Shown here piece by piece: positions 1 to 9,892 of a stretch of DNA of 64,000 bases (the stretch's first letter is position 1; each line of letters opens with the position of its first letter). A program made the position numbers and the translations under genes. The stretch lies in NCBI GenBank assembly GCA_902800045.1, contig CADCCZ010000006.1, positions 66,174-130,173 of the forward strand. Direction: 5' to 3'. Origin of the DNA: an uncultured Bacteroidia bacterium. Lineage in GTDB: Bacteria; Bacteroidota; Bacteroidia; Bacteroidales; ML635J-15. Below the pieces are notes generated by a model. The model saw only the letters and a program-made list of their open reading frames with translations, did no database searches and was not told where the DNA came from.

Positions 1-2
1 TC

Positions 3-389
3 GGCAACTGTCAGGAAGCCATTGCCGCAGGCAACGAAATAGCATCGGTATTCTACGCCACTGCCGACAAAGCCTTCAAAGAAAACGACGCCAAGGCGAA
101 ATCGGATCTGGAACACTTTGACGACCTGTTCATTTCGTTCGACCTGGCCGTCGAATCGATGTATTCCACCTGCCCCGAGGAATTCGACAAATGGGAAAAG
201 GACAACCGAAAGAAAATCGATGCCATAAAGCACAAACGCGACAAACTATACTCAGGTCACGAAACTGACACGACTTGGACAGAGGATGTCTCGTCGGAAA
301 TCGAAGCCGTAAACGTGCAGGTGGAGCAACTCATGATTGACATCCAGAAATTCGAAGAAGAGGATCTCGAAACCGACTCAATGCGATGA
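3..389 (+). CDS. C-terminal fragment of a protein whose 5' end lies outside the window; function unknown
   Basis: The frame of the 159..389 ORF stays open back to the window edge. Its stop overlaps the next ATG (ATGA at 386). Confidence 0.4.
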   Translation, partial: GNCQEAIAAGNEIASVFYATADKAFKENDAKAKSDLEHFDDLFISFDLAVESMYSTCPEEFDKWEKDNRKKIDAIKHKRDKLYSGHETDTTWTEDVSSEIEAVNVQVEQLMIDIQKFEEEDLETDSMR

Positions 390-1303
390 TAAGCATCTGC
401 ATTCCTACATATAACTATAATGTCGAAAAACTAGTCTCCGACCTGTCGCAGCAATGCTGCAAGGCAAATGTTGATTTTGAAATCATTGTCCTCGAAGACG
501 GTTCCGATGAGAAATTTGTCGCACAAAACATGTCCATAGATAATATAATTGGCGCAAAACATATCGTCGCGAAGGAAAATTTCGGTCGCAGCATCACACG
601 CAACACTTTGGCCGACATGGCAAAAGGCGACAAGCTCATCTTCATCGACTGCGATTCCGAAATTCCCGACAGCCAATACATTACACGCTATCTCGAACAC
701 TCCGACTACGATGTTGTCTGCGGTGGAACCACATACAAGGAAACCCAGTATTCGCCCGAAATCTCGCTTCGCTACACTTTCGGAACAAAAGTCGAGAAAA
801 CTCCAGCCGCAATTCGCAACCAAGCCCCCTACTCCGCCTTCACCACCAACAACATGATGGTATCGAAGCATATTTTCGAAAAAATCCGTTTCTGTGAATC
901 GCTCCGCAAATACGGACACGAGGACAGTCTTTTCGGTTTCGACCTACAGGAAAACCACATACAGATACTCCATATCGACAATCCCGTAATACACAAGGGA
1001 ATAGAATCGAACGAAATTTTCCTTGCCAAAACGAAAGCCGGAATCGAGAATCTTGTAACAATAAGCAAACTAGAAAATATCAGTCCAAAATTCCTCGAAA
1101 ACATACGGGTCTACAGGACATACAGCAAGCTGAAAAGACTGAAAATTGCATGGACTGCACGTATTAACTTCCGCATTTTCAAACGCGTACTCGAAAAACA
1201 TCTCATAAAATCTAAGCGACCCAAATTATTGCTGTTCAACATCTACAAACTGGGATACCTATGTAATATTGCGACTGCAATAGAAAATCCGGACAAAAAT
1301 TAG
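386..1303 (+). CDS. Glycosyltransferase family 2
   Basis: N-terminus ISICIPTYNYN ... FEIIVLEDGSDE is the classic GT2 (GT-A) signature; a DCD motif follows. Confidence 0.75.
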   Translation: MISICIPTYNYNVEKLVSDLSQQCCKANVDFEIIVLEDGSDEKFVAQNMSIDNIIGAKHIVAKENFGRSITRNTLADMAKGDKLIFIDCDSEIPDSQYITRYLEHSDYDVVCGGTTYKETQYSPEISLRYTFGTKVEKTPAAIRNQAPYSAFTTNNMMVSKHIFEKIRFCESLRKYGHEDSLFGFDLQENHIQILHIDNPVIHKGIESNEIFLAKTKAGIENLVTISKLENISPKFLENIRVYRTYSKLKRLKIAWTARINFRIFKRVLEKHLIKSKRPKLLLFNIYKLGYLCNIATAIENPDKN

Positions 1304-1332
1304 AGCGAAGCATTCCGTTACATTTTTTTTAC

Positions 1333-1340
1333 TATCTTTG
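1333..1340 (+). promoter_or_regulatory. Bacteroidetes -7 promoter box (TATCTTTG = TAnnTTTG)
   Basis: Exact match to TAnnTTTG about 40 nt upstream of the 1382 ATG. Confidence 0.4.
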
Positions 1341-1381
1341 CGAATTGCATTAGCGTGCATTGGGTAAATGCACATTAAATT

Positions 1382-4300
1382 ATGATTAGAAAATTGTCAA
1401 ATATGAAGAATTTTATTTCAACAGTAGCAATGATTCTTCTGCTTTGCACCGTAGCATTGGCAGAAAATCATCAGACTTCGTACAGCAAAGTTGCTAACGA
1501 ACATCAGATTACATTTACCTTGGGTGACTGGAATCTGGAAACATTAACATCAAACGGAACAACATTCCAGGTAATCGACGCAGGAATATCCGCAGTATCG
1601 AACAGAAAAGGCTGGGCAGAACTGCCAATGATGAGTGCAGCTATACAGCTTCCTGCCGACAAGAACGTAGGTCTCGAAGTAATTTCGTCGGACTACTACG
1701 AAATGAGGCTCGAATTCCCGGCATTGCCTTCGCGCGGAACTATCTACCGCAACCAGAATCCGTCAGAAATCCCATATTGGGTTGACCCGGCTTCGGCAGT
1801 AAACGAGTTCTATCCTAGCGAAAACGTAATCCTCGACGAACCGTTCATCTTCAGGAACGTAAGAGGTACTACCGTAAGGTTCTACCCGTTCCAGTACAAT
1901 GCTGCCACCCAGACATTAAGGGTTTACAACAGCATTACCATCGGACTTGCCGAAAACAACCAGCCGGCAATCAACCCGCTCACAAACAATACGGGCGTTG
2001 ACTCGCGCGAAGTTATTGGTATCTACAAGAGCCTGTTTCTCAACTACGAGCCGAGCAGAACCAGCGCAAACCTTACTGCAGGCGAATTCGGCGACATCCT
2101 GGTTCTCACACCGAGCACCTACGAATCGACAATGCAGCCTTACGTTCAGTGGAAACGCGAAATGGGCTACAATGTAACAGTTCAGACCGTAAGCAGCGGA
2201 GCAAACGTAGTATCTACAATATCGTCGGCATACTCGTCGAACCCCAACCTGCTTTATGTTCAGCTCGTTGGCGACTGGGCCGACATCAAATCGGCAACAC
2301 TCGGCAGCTCTACCTGCTCTTCGTGTCCTACCGACCCGAGAATGGGATGCGTTGCCGGTAACGACAACTACCCAGACCTTGCAATAGGACGTTTCTCTTG
2401 CTCCAACGCAAGCAACCTCGCAGTACAGATAAACAAGGCTATCGACTACGAAAAGAACCCCGACATGACTTCAGGCTGGCGCGAAACATTCATAGGCGTA
2501 GCTTCGGAAGAAGGTCCTGGCGACGACAGCGAATACGATTATACTCAAATCCAAAGGATTTACAACAACAAGTTGTCGCAGCTCGGAACCTACACTACGC
2601 ACAAGCAGCACTATGCTAACTCCGGTTCTGTTTCGGCATCGAGCGTTGCAACTAGCGTAAACGCAGGTGCATCTACAATCGCTTACTGCGGACACGGCGC
2701 AGAAACCTACTGGGTAACCAGCAACTATAGCACCACTAACATCAACAGCGCAACCAACGGCAGCAAGTTGCCGTTCATCGTATCGGTAGCCTGCGTAAAC
2801 GGTGCTTTCCACGAATCGGCAGACTGCTTCGCAGAAGGATGGCTTCGCAAGAGCGGCGGCGGTGCAGTTGTAACACTTATGTCAACCATCAACCAGCCAT
2901 GGCAGCCACCTATGAGAGGTCAGGATTACTTCTACGACATTCTTACTGGCGGTTTCAACTACGACAACGATGGCATTTCTGCAACTGCAGGTATCAATAC
3001 TACAGAACAGCGTACTCACTGGGGATCGATTGTTATCAACGCATTCACACTGATGCTTAAGGAATCGAGCACTACCGACGATATCGAAACCACAAAGACC
3101 TGGTCGACTTTCGGTGACGCTTCGTTGCAGCTCAGAACTAAGACTCCAGATGTTATCACCTCATCGAACAACGAAATGGTAATGGGCGTTCCATACACCA
3201 CTACAATAAAGATTGGTTCAACTCCCGTAGAAAACGCTCTTGTCTGCATATCGCAGAACGGAAGCTACTACAGAGGCTTTACAAATGCCAGCGGTCAGGT
3301 AACAATAACCAACAACTTCTCTGTTGGCGAAGCTTTGCTCGTTGTTACTGCATTCAACACAACAACCATCTACCAGACTATTCCGGTAAATTCGGCTAAC
3401 GAACCATACGTATCAATCCAGAGCTACTCGCCGCAGAACGTAAGCTTCGGAACAACCAGCGTTCTCTCGATGACTCTCGTCAACATGGGCGGTGTTGCAA
3501 CCAATGGTGCTACCAACGTTAGCCTCACAACTTCCGACCAGTACCTCACCCTCAACACTGCAAGTGCAACTTTCGGCACAATGGCAGCACAGGGCGGTAC
3601 AGCATCGAGCAGCGCATTCAACTTTACCGTTGCCGAAAATACTCCCGACGGACACGTTGCAACTATCAACGCAACAATAACCAACGGCTCGTACACATGG
3701 AACGGCACAATGAACATTACCATTGCCGGTCCTAACTGCGACGCACCAACAGGACTTAACGTTACTGCCAACGGCTCAAGCGCAACCATCACTTGGGATA
3801 CGCAGACTATCACACCAGTTACCATAAGCGACGATTTCGAAGGACATACCGCTTTCACAATCAACTCTCCGGGTACAGTCGGTTGGACTTACATCGATGG
3901 CGACGGAAGCACAACCGGCGCGATAAGCAACTACAACTCCTGGACTAACGCAAGGTCAGAAATGGCATATATAGTTTTCAATCCTTCGCAGGTAACTTCA
4001 CAGTATGGAAGCGGAAACCTATCGTCGTCGATAGCAGCACACTCGGGAAGCCAATTCCTTGCAAGCTTCTATGCTTCAACACCGCCAAACAACGACTGGA
4101 TTGTCAGCCCAGAACTTAACTTTGCAGAAAACTTCACTTTCTCATTCTACTATAGAGGCGGACACAAGACCACATACACCGAATCGTTTGAAGTTTACTA
4201 CTCTACTACAACAAACGAACAATCTGCATTCACAAATCAGCTCGGAACAGGAACAGCAACAGGCAGCACATCCGCAAGCGCATGGTCGCAAAAGACCTAC

Positions 4301-5536
4301 ACCGTACCTGCAGCTGCAAAATATGTTGCTATACGATGCACCTCAAACGACCAGTACTACTTCTGCATCGACGACATCACAATCAGCGGAACAGAAATTA
4401 GTGGCGCAGGTGCTGTAAATCTATACGACAACGGAGTTCTCGTTGCATCGAACATTACTACTGGCACTTATACGGCAAACAACCTTACTGCCGGACAGCA
4501 CTGCTTCAGCATCCGTGCCGTATGTGGCGACAACAGTGAATCGATGGCTGTACAGGAATGCGTAAACGTAACAAGTTCAGCTCCTAGCTACACCGTAACA
4601 GTTAATGCTGGCAACGGCGGTACAATAACTCCAAGCGGAACCCAGACCGTTTACCAAAACAACGACTTCACTTTTACCGTTACTCCAGACGACTGCTACG
4701 AAATAGCAAACGTTACCATAGACGGAAACAATGTAAACCTCAATGCTAACAACTCGTACACAATCAACAATATTACAGCAAACCATACTGTAAACGCTAC
4801 ATTCCACCTATTGTCGTACACAATAGCAGCAAGTGCAGGCGACAATGGTTCCATCAGCCCTGCTGGCAACACTAATGTCAATTGTGGCGACAATGCAACA
4901 TTTACCATTACTCCAGACGAAGGCTACGAAATTGCCGGCGTTACAGTCGACGGACAGAACATAGGTTCGCCAAGCACCTACACATTCTCGAATGTTGAGA
5001 CAAACCACACAATCAATGCAACATTCAGCATGATACCGGCCGAAACCTGCTACACAATTACAGGACTTGCAGTTGCTGTTGAGACTTACGGGAACGTCCT
5101 CAACTGGAATGCTGCCGAAAACGCAGTTTCGTACAACATCTACCGCAACAACGACAACACTGTTCTTGCAAACGTAAACTCGACCAGCTACATCGACATT
5201 AACGGAAACGTTGGCGACAGCTACCGCATAGTAACAGTATGCCAGCATGGTGAATCGGAATCGTCGGAAAGCGTTACTGCCACAACTTCCAGCATCGATG
5301 AAAACAGCATTTCGCTCAACATCTACCCGAACCCGACCGACGGCAAGTTCACAATCGAATGCAGCGAAATGATAACCATCGAAGTATTCGACATGGTTGG
5401 ACAACTAGTAGAAAAAATCGATGTCAATGCCAACTCTAGCAGCATCGATGCTTCGTCGTGGACAAATGGCGTTTATACCATCCGCATTGCAACATCCGAC
5501 ACCAACATCGTTGTAAAACAGCTTATCAAGCAATAA
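1382..5536 (+). CDS. Secreted multidomain peptidase C25 (gingipain-like) with T9SS C-terminal sorting domain
   Basis: A signal peptide is present (MKNFISTVAMILLLCTVALA). YCGHGAETYW and SVACVNGAF provide a His/Cys dyad about 33 aa apart, as in gingipains. Two ~70-aa repeats of the type YT(V/I)...G(G/S)I(T/S)P(S/A)G...ANHT(V/I)NATF occur. A DWIVSPELNF adhesin/MAM-like segment is present. The C-terminus LNIYPNPTDGKFTIE...VYTIRI is a T9SS CTD. Confidence 0.8.
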   Translation: MIRKLSNMKNFISTVAMILLLCTVALAENHQTSYSKVANEHQITFTLGDWNLETLTSNGTTFQVIDAGISAVSNRKGWAELPMMSAAIQLPADKNVGLEVISSDYYEMRLEFPALPSRGTIYRNQNPSEIPYWVDPASAVNEFYPSENVILDEPFIFRNVRGTTVRFYPFQYNAATQTLRVYNSITIGLAENNQPAINPLTNNTGVDSREVIGIYKSLFLNYEPSRTSANLTAGEFGDILVLTPSTYESTMQPYVQWKREMGYNVTVQTVSSGANVVSTISSAYSSNPNLLYVQLVGDWADIKSATLGSSTCSSCPTDPRMGCVAGNDNYPDLAIGRFSCSNASNLAVQINKAIDYEKNPDMTSGWRETFIGVASEEGPGDDSEYDYTQIQRIYNNKLSQLGTYTTHKQHYANSGSVSASSVATSVNAGASTIAYCGHGAETYWVTSNYSTTNINSATNGSKLPFIVSVACVNGAFHESADCFAEGWLRKSGGGAVVTLMSTINQPWQPPMRGQDYFYDILTGGFNYDNDGISATAGINTTEQRTHWGSIVINAFTLMLKESSTTDDIETTKTWSTFGDASLQLRTKTPDVITSSNNEMVMGVPYTTTIKIGSTPVENALVCISQNGSYYRGFTNASGQVTITNNFSVGEALLVVTAFNTTTIYQTIPVNSANEPYVSIQSYSPQNVSFGTTSVLSMTLVNMGGVATNGATNVSLTTSDQYLTLNTASATFGTMAAQGGTASSSAFNFTVAENTPDGHVATINATITNGSYTWNGTMNITIAGPNCDAPTGLNVTANGSSATITWDTQTITPVTISDDFEGHTAFTINSPGTVGWTYIDGDGSTTGAISNYNSWTNARSEMAYIVFNPSQVTSQYGSGNLSSSIAAHSGSQFLASFYASTPPNNDWIVSPELNFAENFTFSFYYRGGHKTTYTESFEVYYSTTTNEQSAFTNQLGTGTATGSTSASAWSQKTYTVPAAAKYVAIRCTSNDQYYFCIDDITISGTEISGAGAVNLYDNGVLVASNITTGTYTANNLTAGQHCFSIRAVCGDNSESMAVQECVNVTSSAPSYTVTVNAGNGGTITPSGTQTVYQNNDFTFTVTPDDCYEIANVTIDGNNVNLNANNSYTINNITANHTVNATFHLLSYTIAASAGDNGSISPAGNTNVNCGDNATFTITPDEGYEIAGVTVDGQNIGSPSTYTFSNVETNHTINATFSMIPAETCYTITGLAVAVETYGNVLNWNAAENAVSYNIYRNNDNTVLANVNSTSYIDINGNVGDSYRIVTVCQHGESESSESVTATTSSIDENSISLNIYPNPTDGKFTIECSEMITIEVFDMVGQLVEKIDVNANSSSIDASSWTNGVYTIRIATSDTNIVVKQLIKQ

Positions 5537-5558
5537 TAAAACTAATCCAAATCATAGA

Positions 5559-5588
5559 AGGCTCGCCAAATGGTGAGCCTTTTTTTTG
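5559..5588 (+). terminator. Rho-independent terminator of the C25 gene
   Basis: AGGCTCGCC-aaat-GGTGAGCCT (9-bp stem with one G.U pair) followed by T8. Confidence 0.7.
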
Positions 5589-5603
5589 TTTCGCACTTCA
5601 GAA

Positions 5604-5725
5604 TTTGCAACGATACTAGCATTACAAATGCTCATACTCATCTCAGGCAGATTACAAATCCGCCTGAACAATATGTCCTTCGGGATTTGTAATCCCGAAG
5701 GCTCGAATATTAGGATTTGAAATCC
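5604..5725. repeat. Intact copy of a composite palindromic repeat (left half 5604-5673, right half 5675-5725)
   Basis: Contains GATTACAAATC / GATTTGTAATC and CCTTCGGG / CCCGAAGG inverted pairs. The left half recurs at 7006-7075 (54/55 identity over the core). The right half recurs at 10927-10977 (48/51). Confidence 0.85.
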
Positions 5726-5835
5726 GTAATAAAGCACTAATAGCATAATAGCTTAATTATCAATAATTTAACATTTTGATATAATTTTACATCATATAAA
5801 TTTATATGATATAGTTTTATATGATATAATTTTAT

Positions 5836-5843
5836 TACATTTG
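5836..5843 (+). promoter_or_regulatory. -7 promoter box TACATTTG
   Basis: TAnnTTTG match 17 nt upstream of the ATG at 5860. Confidence 0.4.
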
Positions 5844-5859
5844 CAAAAATTTTAAGTGT

Positions 5860-6993
5860 ATGAACATACCATTTGCATACGGGAAGATTGTGGAAAATAA
5901 CGATTTCACAGATAGGACAGAAGAAACATCTCTCTTGAGAAATAATTTTATGTCGCTTACCAATACGGCAATTATTTCACCTCGCCGTTGGGGAAAATCA
6001 TCTTTGGTTGCAAAAGCCATAAAGTCTGTCAAGGAGGAACAGGATGACATTTTGTTCGTGAAGATGAATATTTTCAAGACCGAAAATCCGCAAGAGTTTT
6101 ATGCAACTTTTGCCAAGCGAATAATGGAAGGCATCTCATCGTCGGCAGAGTCGTTGCTAACTAACGCCAAGGATTTTATTGCTCGCTTGCTTCCCAAACT
6201 GTCAATTTCTGACCCTATTGGACAGTATGAAATTGCACTTGGGGTGGACACAAAAAACTCTCCTATTGAAGAAGACATTCTGGATTTGCCGCAGCAGATT
6301 GCCCAGCGTAAGAAGAAAAAGGTTGTTGTATGCATCGACGAATTCCAACAAATAGGTGAATATTCCGATGCATTGAAATTCCAGAAGACACTACGCAGCC
6401 ATTGGCAGACACATTCTGATGTTGCCTATATACTATATGGAAGCAAAAAGCACATGATGATGAACATTTTCGGTGAATACAACAGTCCTTTCTACCGATT
6501 TGGCGATATGATGTTTTTGCAGAAAATATCCAACGATGAATGGCAGAAATATCTTGTCGGCAGATTTAAAGACACGGGAAAATCAATTACACAAGCACTT
6601 GCCAAGTACCTTGCCGAGCAAGTAGAAAATCATCCATACTATGTGCAGCAACTTGCCCAATATGCTTGGTTGAGAACAACGCGCACTTGCTCTACTGCCA
6701 TTGTTGACAATGCCTTGCAAGCAATGCTCGATTCGCTTAACTTACAGTTTGTCAACATAATGGACTCATTGACCGAGAAGCAACGGAATTTTCTTTGTGC
6801 AGTGTCCAACGATGTTAAAAATTTCTCGGCCTCGGATACCTTGCAACGCTACAAACTTGGCACCAGCGGTAACATCCGCATCATAAAGGAAGCCTTGAAG
6901 AAACGCGACCTGATTGATGAAACGGGCAAGGACATACAAATCCAAGACCCGATTTTTAAATTGTGGATTATTAGGGAATACGCTAAAATGTAA
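5860..6993 (+). CDS. Orphan AAA+ ATPase (archaeal-type ATPase / DUF234-like family)
   Basis: Walker A SPRRWGKSSLV and Walker B VVCIDEFQQI. A paralog of the same architecture lies at 27855-28979. Confidence 0.7.
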   Translation: MNIPFAYGKIVENNDFTDRTEETSLLRNNFMSLTNTAIISPRRWGKSSLVAKAIKSVKEEQDDILFVKMNIFKTENPQEFYATFAKRIMEGISSSAESLLTNAKDFIARLLPKLSISDPIGQYEIALGVDTKNSPIEEDILDLPQQIAQRKKKKVVVCIDEFQQIGEYSDALKFQKTLRSHWQTHSDVAYILYGSKKHMMMNIFGEYNSPFYRFGDMMFLQKISNDEWQKYLVGRFKDTGKSITQALAKYLAEQVENHPYYVQQLAQYAWLRTTRTCSTAIVDNALQAMLDSLNLQFVNIMDSLTEKQRNFLCAVSNDVKNFSASDTLQRYKLGTSGNIRIIKEALKKRDLIDETGKDIQIQDPIFKLWIIREYAKM

Positions 6994-7005
6994 TTCATAT
7001 CGGCA

Positions 7006-7075
7006 TTTACAACGATAAGAGCATTACAAATGCTCATACTCAACTCAGGCAGATTACAAATCCGCCTGAACAATA
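7006..7075. repeat. Left half only of the palindromic repeat
   Basis: gcattacaaatgctcatactcaactcaggcagattacaaatccgcctgaacaata matches 5619-5673 with one mismatch. The similarity ends abruptly at 7075. Confidence 0.85.
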
Positions 7076-7107
7076 GTCAATAACAATATTTGGGTTTTGC
7101 ATACAAT

Positions 7108-8013
7108 TCACAAAATCTTTTTGCTGTATTTCTTTACCAGATCTTTCGCATCCTGTAAGAGCCGTTTACGCAACCAGTTCGGACTTATAACCTCAACTTC
7201 CTTTCCCATAGCTCGCACTGTATTGATGAAATCATCGGTTGGGACCAAATGCAATTCAAATAGGTTGTTGGCAATCTCTTTCTGGGAACGGTGCAGAGGC
7301 AGCGAACGCAAATACTTTGCGCGTGTGTCTGAGGTCTTTAATTGTATATGTTCCGCTTTGCCATCCGTCACTATCATACCAAAATAGCGAGAAAAATAAT
7401 CGTCTGCAGAAAAATCTGTGGGCAGTTTGAACAATTTGTCGCTAATTTTCACATCCTTCATGCGGTCGAGTGCGTAAAGACGCAGAGAATCGTGGAAGCC
7501 GGTGTGAGCCAACACATACCAACGCCGACCAAAGTAGCGCAATGCGTAAGGTTCAATCTCAAACTCGCGTGCGGTTCGCATTTCGTAACTTTGGTATGTG
7601 ATTGACAGCCGACTGTTTTCGCGCATTGCAGTGGTGATTTCTGGAAGAAAAATGTTGCTGCCAGCCGGCGTATCTTCAAGAAGTATGCGGTCTGCCAAGT
7701 CCAGATTTTCGCTAACCATCTGGTTTACAGCAAATGCAGAAAGCAAGAACTGAGTGTTTTTATTGCATCCCGAGATGTCGTTTTCGATATGGTATTTTTT
7801 CTCTTTTCGGTCATATACGATTTGAATGTCGAACAAACTTAATATGTTATCTTTCATTCGGATGAATGTACGACGAGGAATTGTCCCCTTTCCATCATCA
7901 TTGAAGACGGAGTTTGCCCAGCGGCTGTCGATTTCACTTTTGGACAGGCCTTTGCTGTACGACAATAGTTCTATTAGCCAGAGGTAACGAGCGAAAAGAG
8001 TGGTAGGGGTCAT
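7108..8013 (-). CDS. WYL-domain transcriptional regulator (wHTH-WYL-C-terminal extension)
   Basis: N-terminal wHTH-like segment (LWLIELLSYSKGLSKSEI). WYL core YALRYFGRRWYVLAHTG...LRLYALDRM. The ATG lies 2 nt after the stop of the upstream nuclease gene. Confidence 0.75.
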   Translation of the reverse strand: MTPTTLFARYLWLIELLSYSKGLSKSEIDSRWANSVFNDDGKGTIPRRTFIRMKDNILSLFDIQIVYDRKEKKYHIENDISGCNKNTQFLLSAFAVNQMVSENLDLADRILLEDTPAGSNIFLPEITTAMRENSRLSITYQSYEMRTAREFEIEPYALRYFGRRWYVLAHTGFHDSLRLYALDRMKDVKISDKLFKLPTDFSADDYFSRYFGMIVTDGKAEHIQLKTSDTRAKYLRSLPLHRSQKEIANNLFELHLVPTDDFINTVRAMGKEVEVISPNWLRKRLLQDAKDLVKKYSKKIL

Positions 8014-8015
8014 TG

Positions 8016-9824
8016 TTATTTCCAGTAGCGAGTTTCGAGATAATTAAGCAGTTCTTTGTAGTCATCGTTTCCTTTCAAGGGGGAAAGAAGTTCTTGGGGA
8101 TCGATGATACGGAATTTGGATTTATCTTTCAAATTTGGAATAAAACAATTTTCCACTGCTTCACGCAATTCTGTATTCCCATTTGGAATCACATTGAGAT
8201 GGAAGAAATTTTTTGCATATCCTTTTTGTACCAATTGTTCCGCTAACAAAGTCTGGCGCATAAGTTCATAACTTGGTTCTTGGAAATAAATGGAATGAGC
8301 TACTCCGTCTTTAGGCGTTTTAAGCCTTGCTGAACTTATTATTTTTGCTCCATAACGATAAAGGCGCGTATCATTTGTTTTGTCTTCATTTTCGTAATTT
8401 TCCGTGTATTTCCATTCAATCGGAATCAGCCATTTTTCTTCACCTTTTCGTGCCACAATCATAGCATCAATTGATGTGCAAAGAACGCCTCTTCTTGCGC
8501 CCTTATCATTTTCACCCAACATTTCATCATTTTTATAAGCAAACTCAAAAGCAATGTAGCCACCATCGTTGTCAAGAGTCGATGGAAGCACTTCATCAAA
8601 ATCCATATTAGTTGCTTTGTTTATAACTGCCAATACTGCATCTTTATCTTCTCGCAAAGCAAAAAGATGATTTAGACAATGAATTTGTGAGGAAAGTAGA
8701 TGACCAGTAGGTTCAATTCCATTTTGCCCCCACCATGCGATTTTAAAATTTTTAAAATATTTTTTCGCTAAACTTCTGATTCCGGATTCCAAATTGAAAT
8801 CATTATAATTAGTATCTAAAATATAGTCTAATTTATAGACTTTAGATTTTTCATTGTTTCCTATTTTTAGAATTCCACCAAACTTTGCCGATTCAAATAT
8901 TGGATTTGATGTCAATTTGAATTGTTTTTCTGTTTCCAAACATTTAAATTCGTGAATTGGTTTATGAAAATATCTAACATATTTGTTACTTAAATAAATA
9001 TTCAGAATATCAGACTTCCGACCTTCTATTAGAGGATGCAAAGCGTCAGCTAGCATATACCCGTTTATGTATTTACATTTCTTCGTTTTATAAAAATCAT
9101 ATAATTTCCCAAAAGAACGATAAGAAGAAGATTCGGGAATTTTAATTTCCCCTTTCATCACATCGACCATTACATTAACATAGAACATCAATTCTGATAT
9201 TATTCCTACTTTTTTGTTTGTCTTTTGTTTCAATTCATAAATATTCAATGTGTTATATTTTATACTCCATATATCTAAAAAACTACTTGGTGTTACAGAT
9301 TTTCCTTTTGATATTTCTTCATTGAACAAATGAACGGGTAATTGTTGGTTTATCACATCACAAAAAGCCTTATTTTCAGCAAGAAAAGCCCTCTCAAGTT
9401 GAGCTTCTTTATGCGAAGCTTTTTTTTCTGCATCATCATTTGGCACATTAATTACCAAATGTAATTTGTCGAATTTTATTATGTCATCTTTGAAACCATC
9501 AGAACATGCCCAAATATACATTTCTTCAAATTTTTTTAGACGGTATAAAAATCTGTTATAGTGTTCTTTTTCGTTTTTAGATGGAGAGAAACTTTTCCCC
9601 GATACTATGACTTTTTCGATATACTCAGGCAACCATGCTTTCAAACAAATGGCCCAACCTTCAAAAGCTGCTGCGTCTGTTTGCATATTTGAGCAAATGC
9701 CATTCTCTGTCATCGTAATAACAAGTTCTTTTCTTTCTGGGTTTATATTAAAATCAATATCTTTAGGAAAATTTACGCGTCTGATTTTTGAACGTAATAG
9801 GTTTAAAATTTCTTGTTTGTTCAT
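8016..9824 (-). CDS. 602-aa protein with two PD-(D/E)xK nuclease-like modules (N-terminal NucS/DUF91-like; C-terminal restriction-endonuclease-like)
   Basis: Module 1: EAQLERAF ... FLDIWSI-x9-NIYELKQK (E, D, ExK). Module 2: HLLSSQIHCLNHLF ... TSIDAMIV-x12-LIPIEWKYTE (D, ExK). The gene is strongly AT-rich. No match to a named enzyme could be made by eye. Confidence 0.5.
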   Translation of the reverse strand: MNKQEILNLLRSKIRRVNFPKDIDFNINPERKELVITMTENGICSNMQTDAAAFEGWAICLKAWLPEYIEKVIVSGKSFSPSKNEKEHYNRFLYRLKKFEEMYIWACSDGFKDDIIKFDKLHLVINVPNDDAEKKASHKEAQLERAFLAENKAFCDVINQQLPVHLFNEEISKGKSVTPSSFLDIWSIKYNTLNIYELKQKTNKKVGIISELMFYVNVMVDVMKGEIKIPESSSYRSFGKLYDFYKTKKCKYINGYMLADALHPLIEGRKSDILNIYLSNKYVRYFHKPIHEFKCLETEKQFKLTSNPIFESAKFGGILKIGNNEKSKVYKLDYILDTNYNDFNLESGIRSLAKKYFKNFKIAWWGQNGIEPTGHLLSSQIHCLNHLFALREDKDAVLAVINKATNMDFDEVLPSTLDNDGGYIAFEFAYKNDEMLGENDKGARRGVLCTSIDAMIVARKGEEKWLIPIEWKYTENYENEDKTNDTRLYRYGAKIISSARLKTPKDGVAHSIYFQEPSYELMRQTLLAEQLVQKGYAKNFFHLNVIPNGNTELREAVENCFIPNLKDKSKFRIIDPQELLSPLKGNDDYKELLNYLETRYWK

Positions 9825-9854
9825 CTCTTTATATCTTTACGAATTAATACACTA

Positions 9855-9862
9855 CAAATATA
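9855..9862 (-). promoter_or_regulatory. -7 promoter box (TATATTTG on minus strand)
   Basis: Plus-strand caaatata lies 31 nt upstream of the 9824 ATG, suggesting the nuclease-WYL pair can be transcribed on its own. Confidence 0.35.
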
Positions 9863-9892
9863 CACACAATGTTGATATATACAATATAATTT

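Noticed and set aside
5552-5746. 64-aa ORF across the palindromic repeat (and 6849-7073 across the second left half; 10856-11050 across the right half)
   Set aside because: These ORFs are made of the repeat element itself, so the same peptide fragment RRICNLPE(M/L)SMSICNA recurs because the DNA recurs. No promoter or coding context exists.
8016-9824. Classical type II restriction-modification system
   Set aside because: No ORF in or near the island shows DNA methyltransferase motifs, and the neighbours are a WYL regulator and a HAD phosphatase instead.
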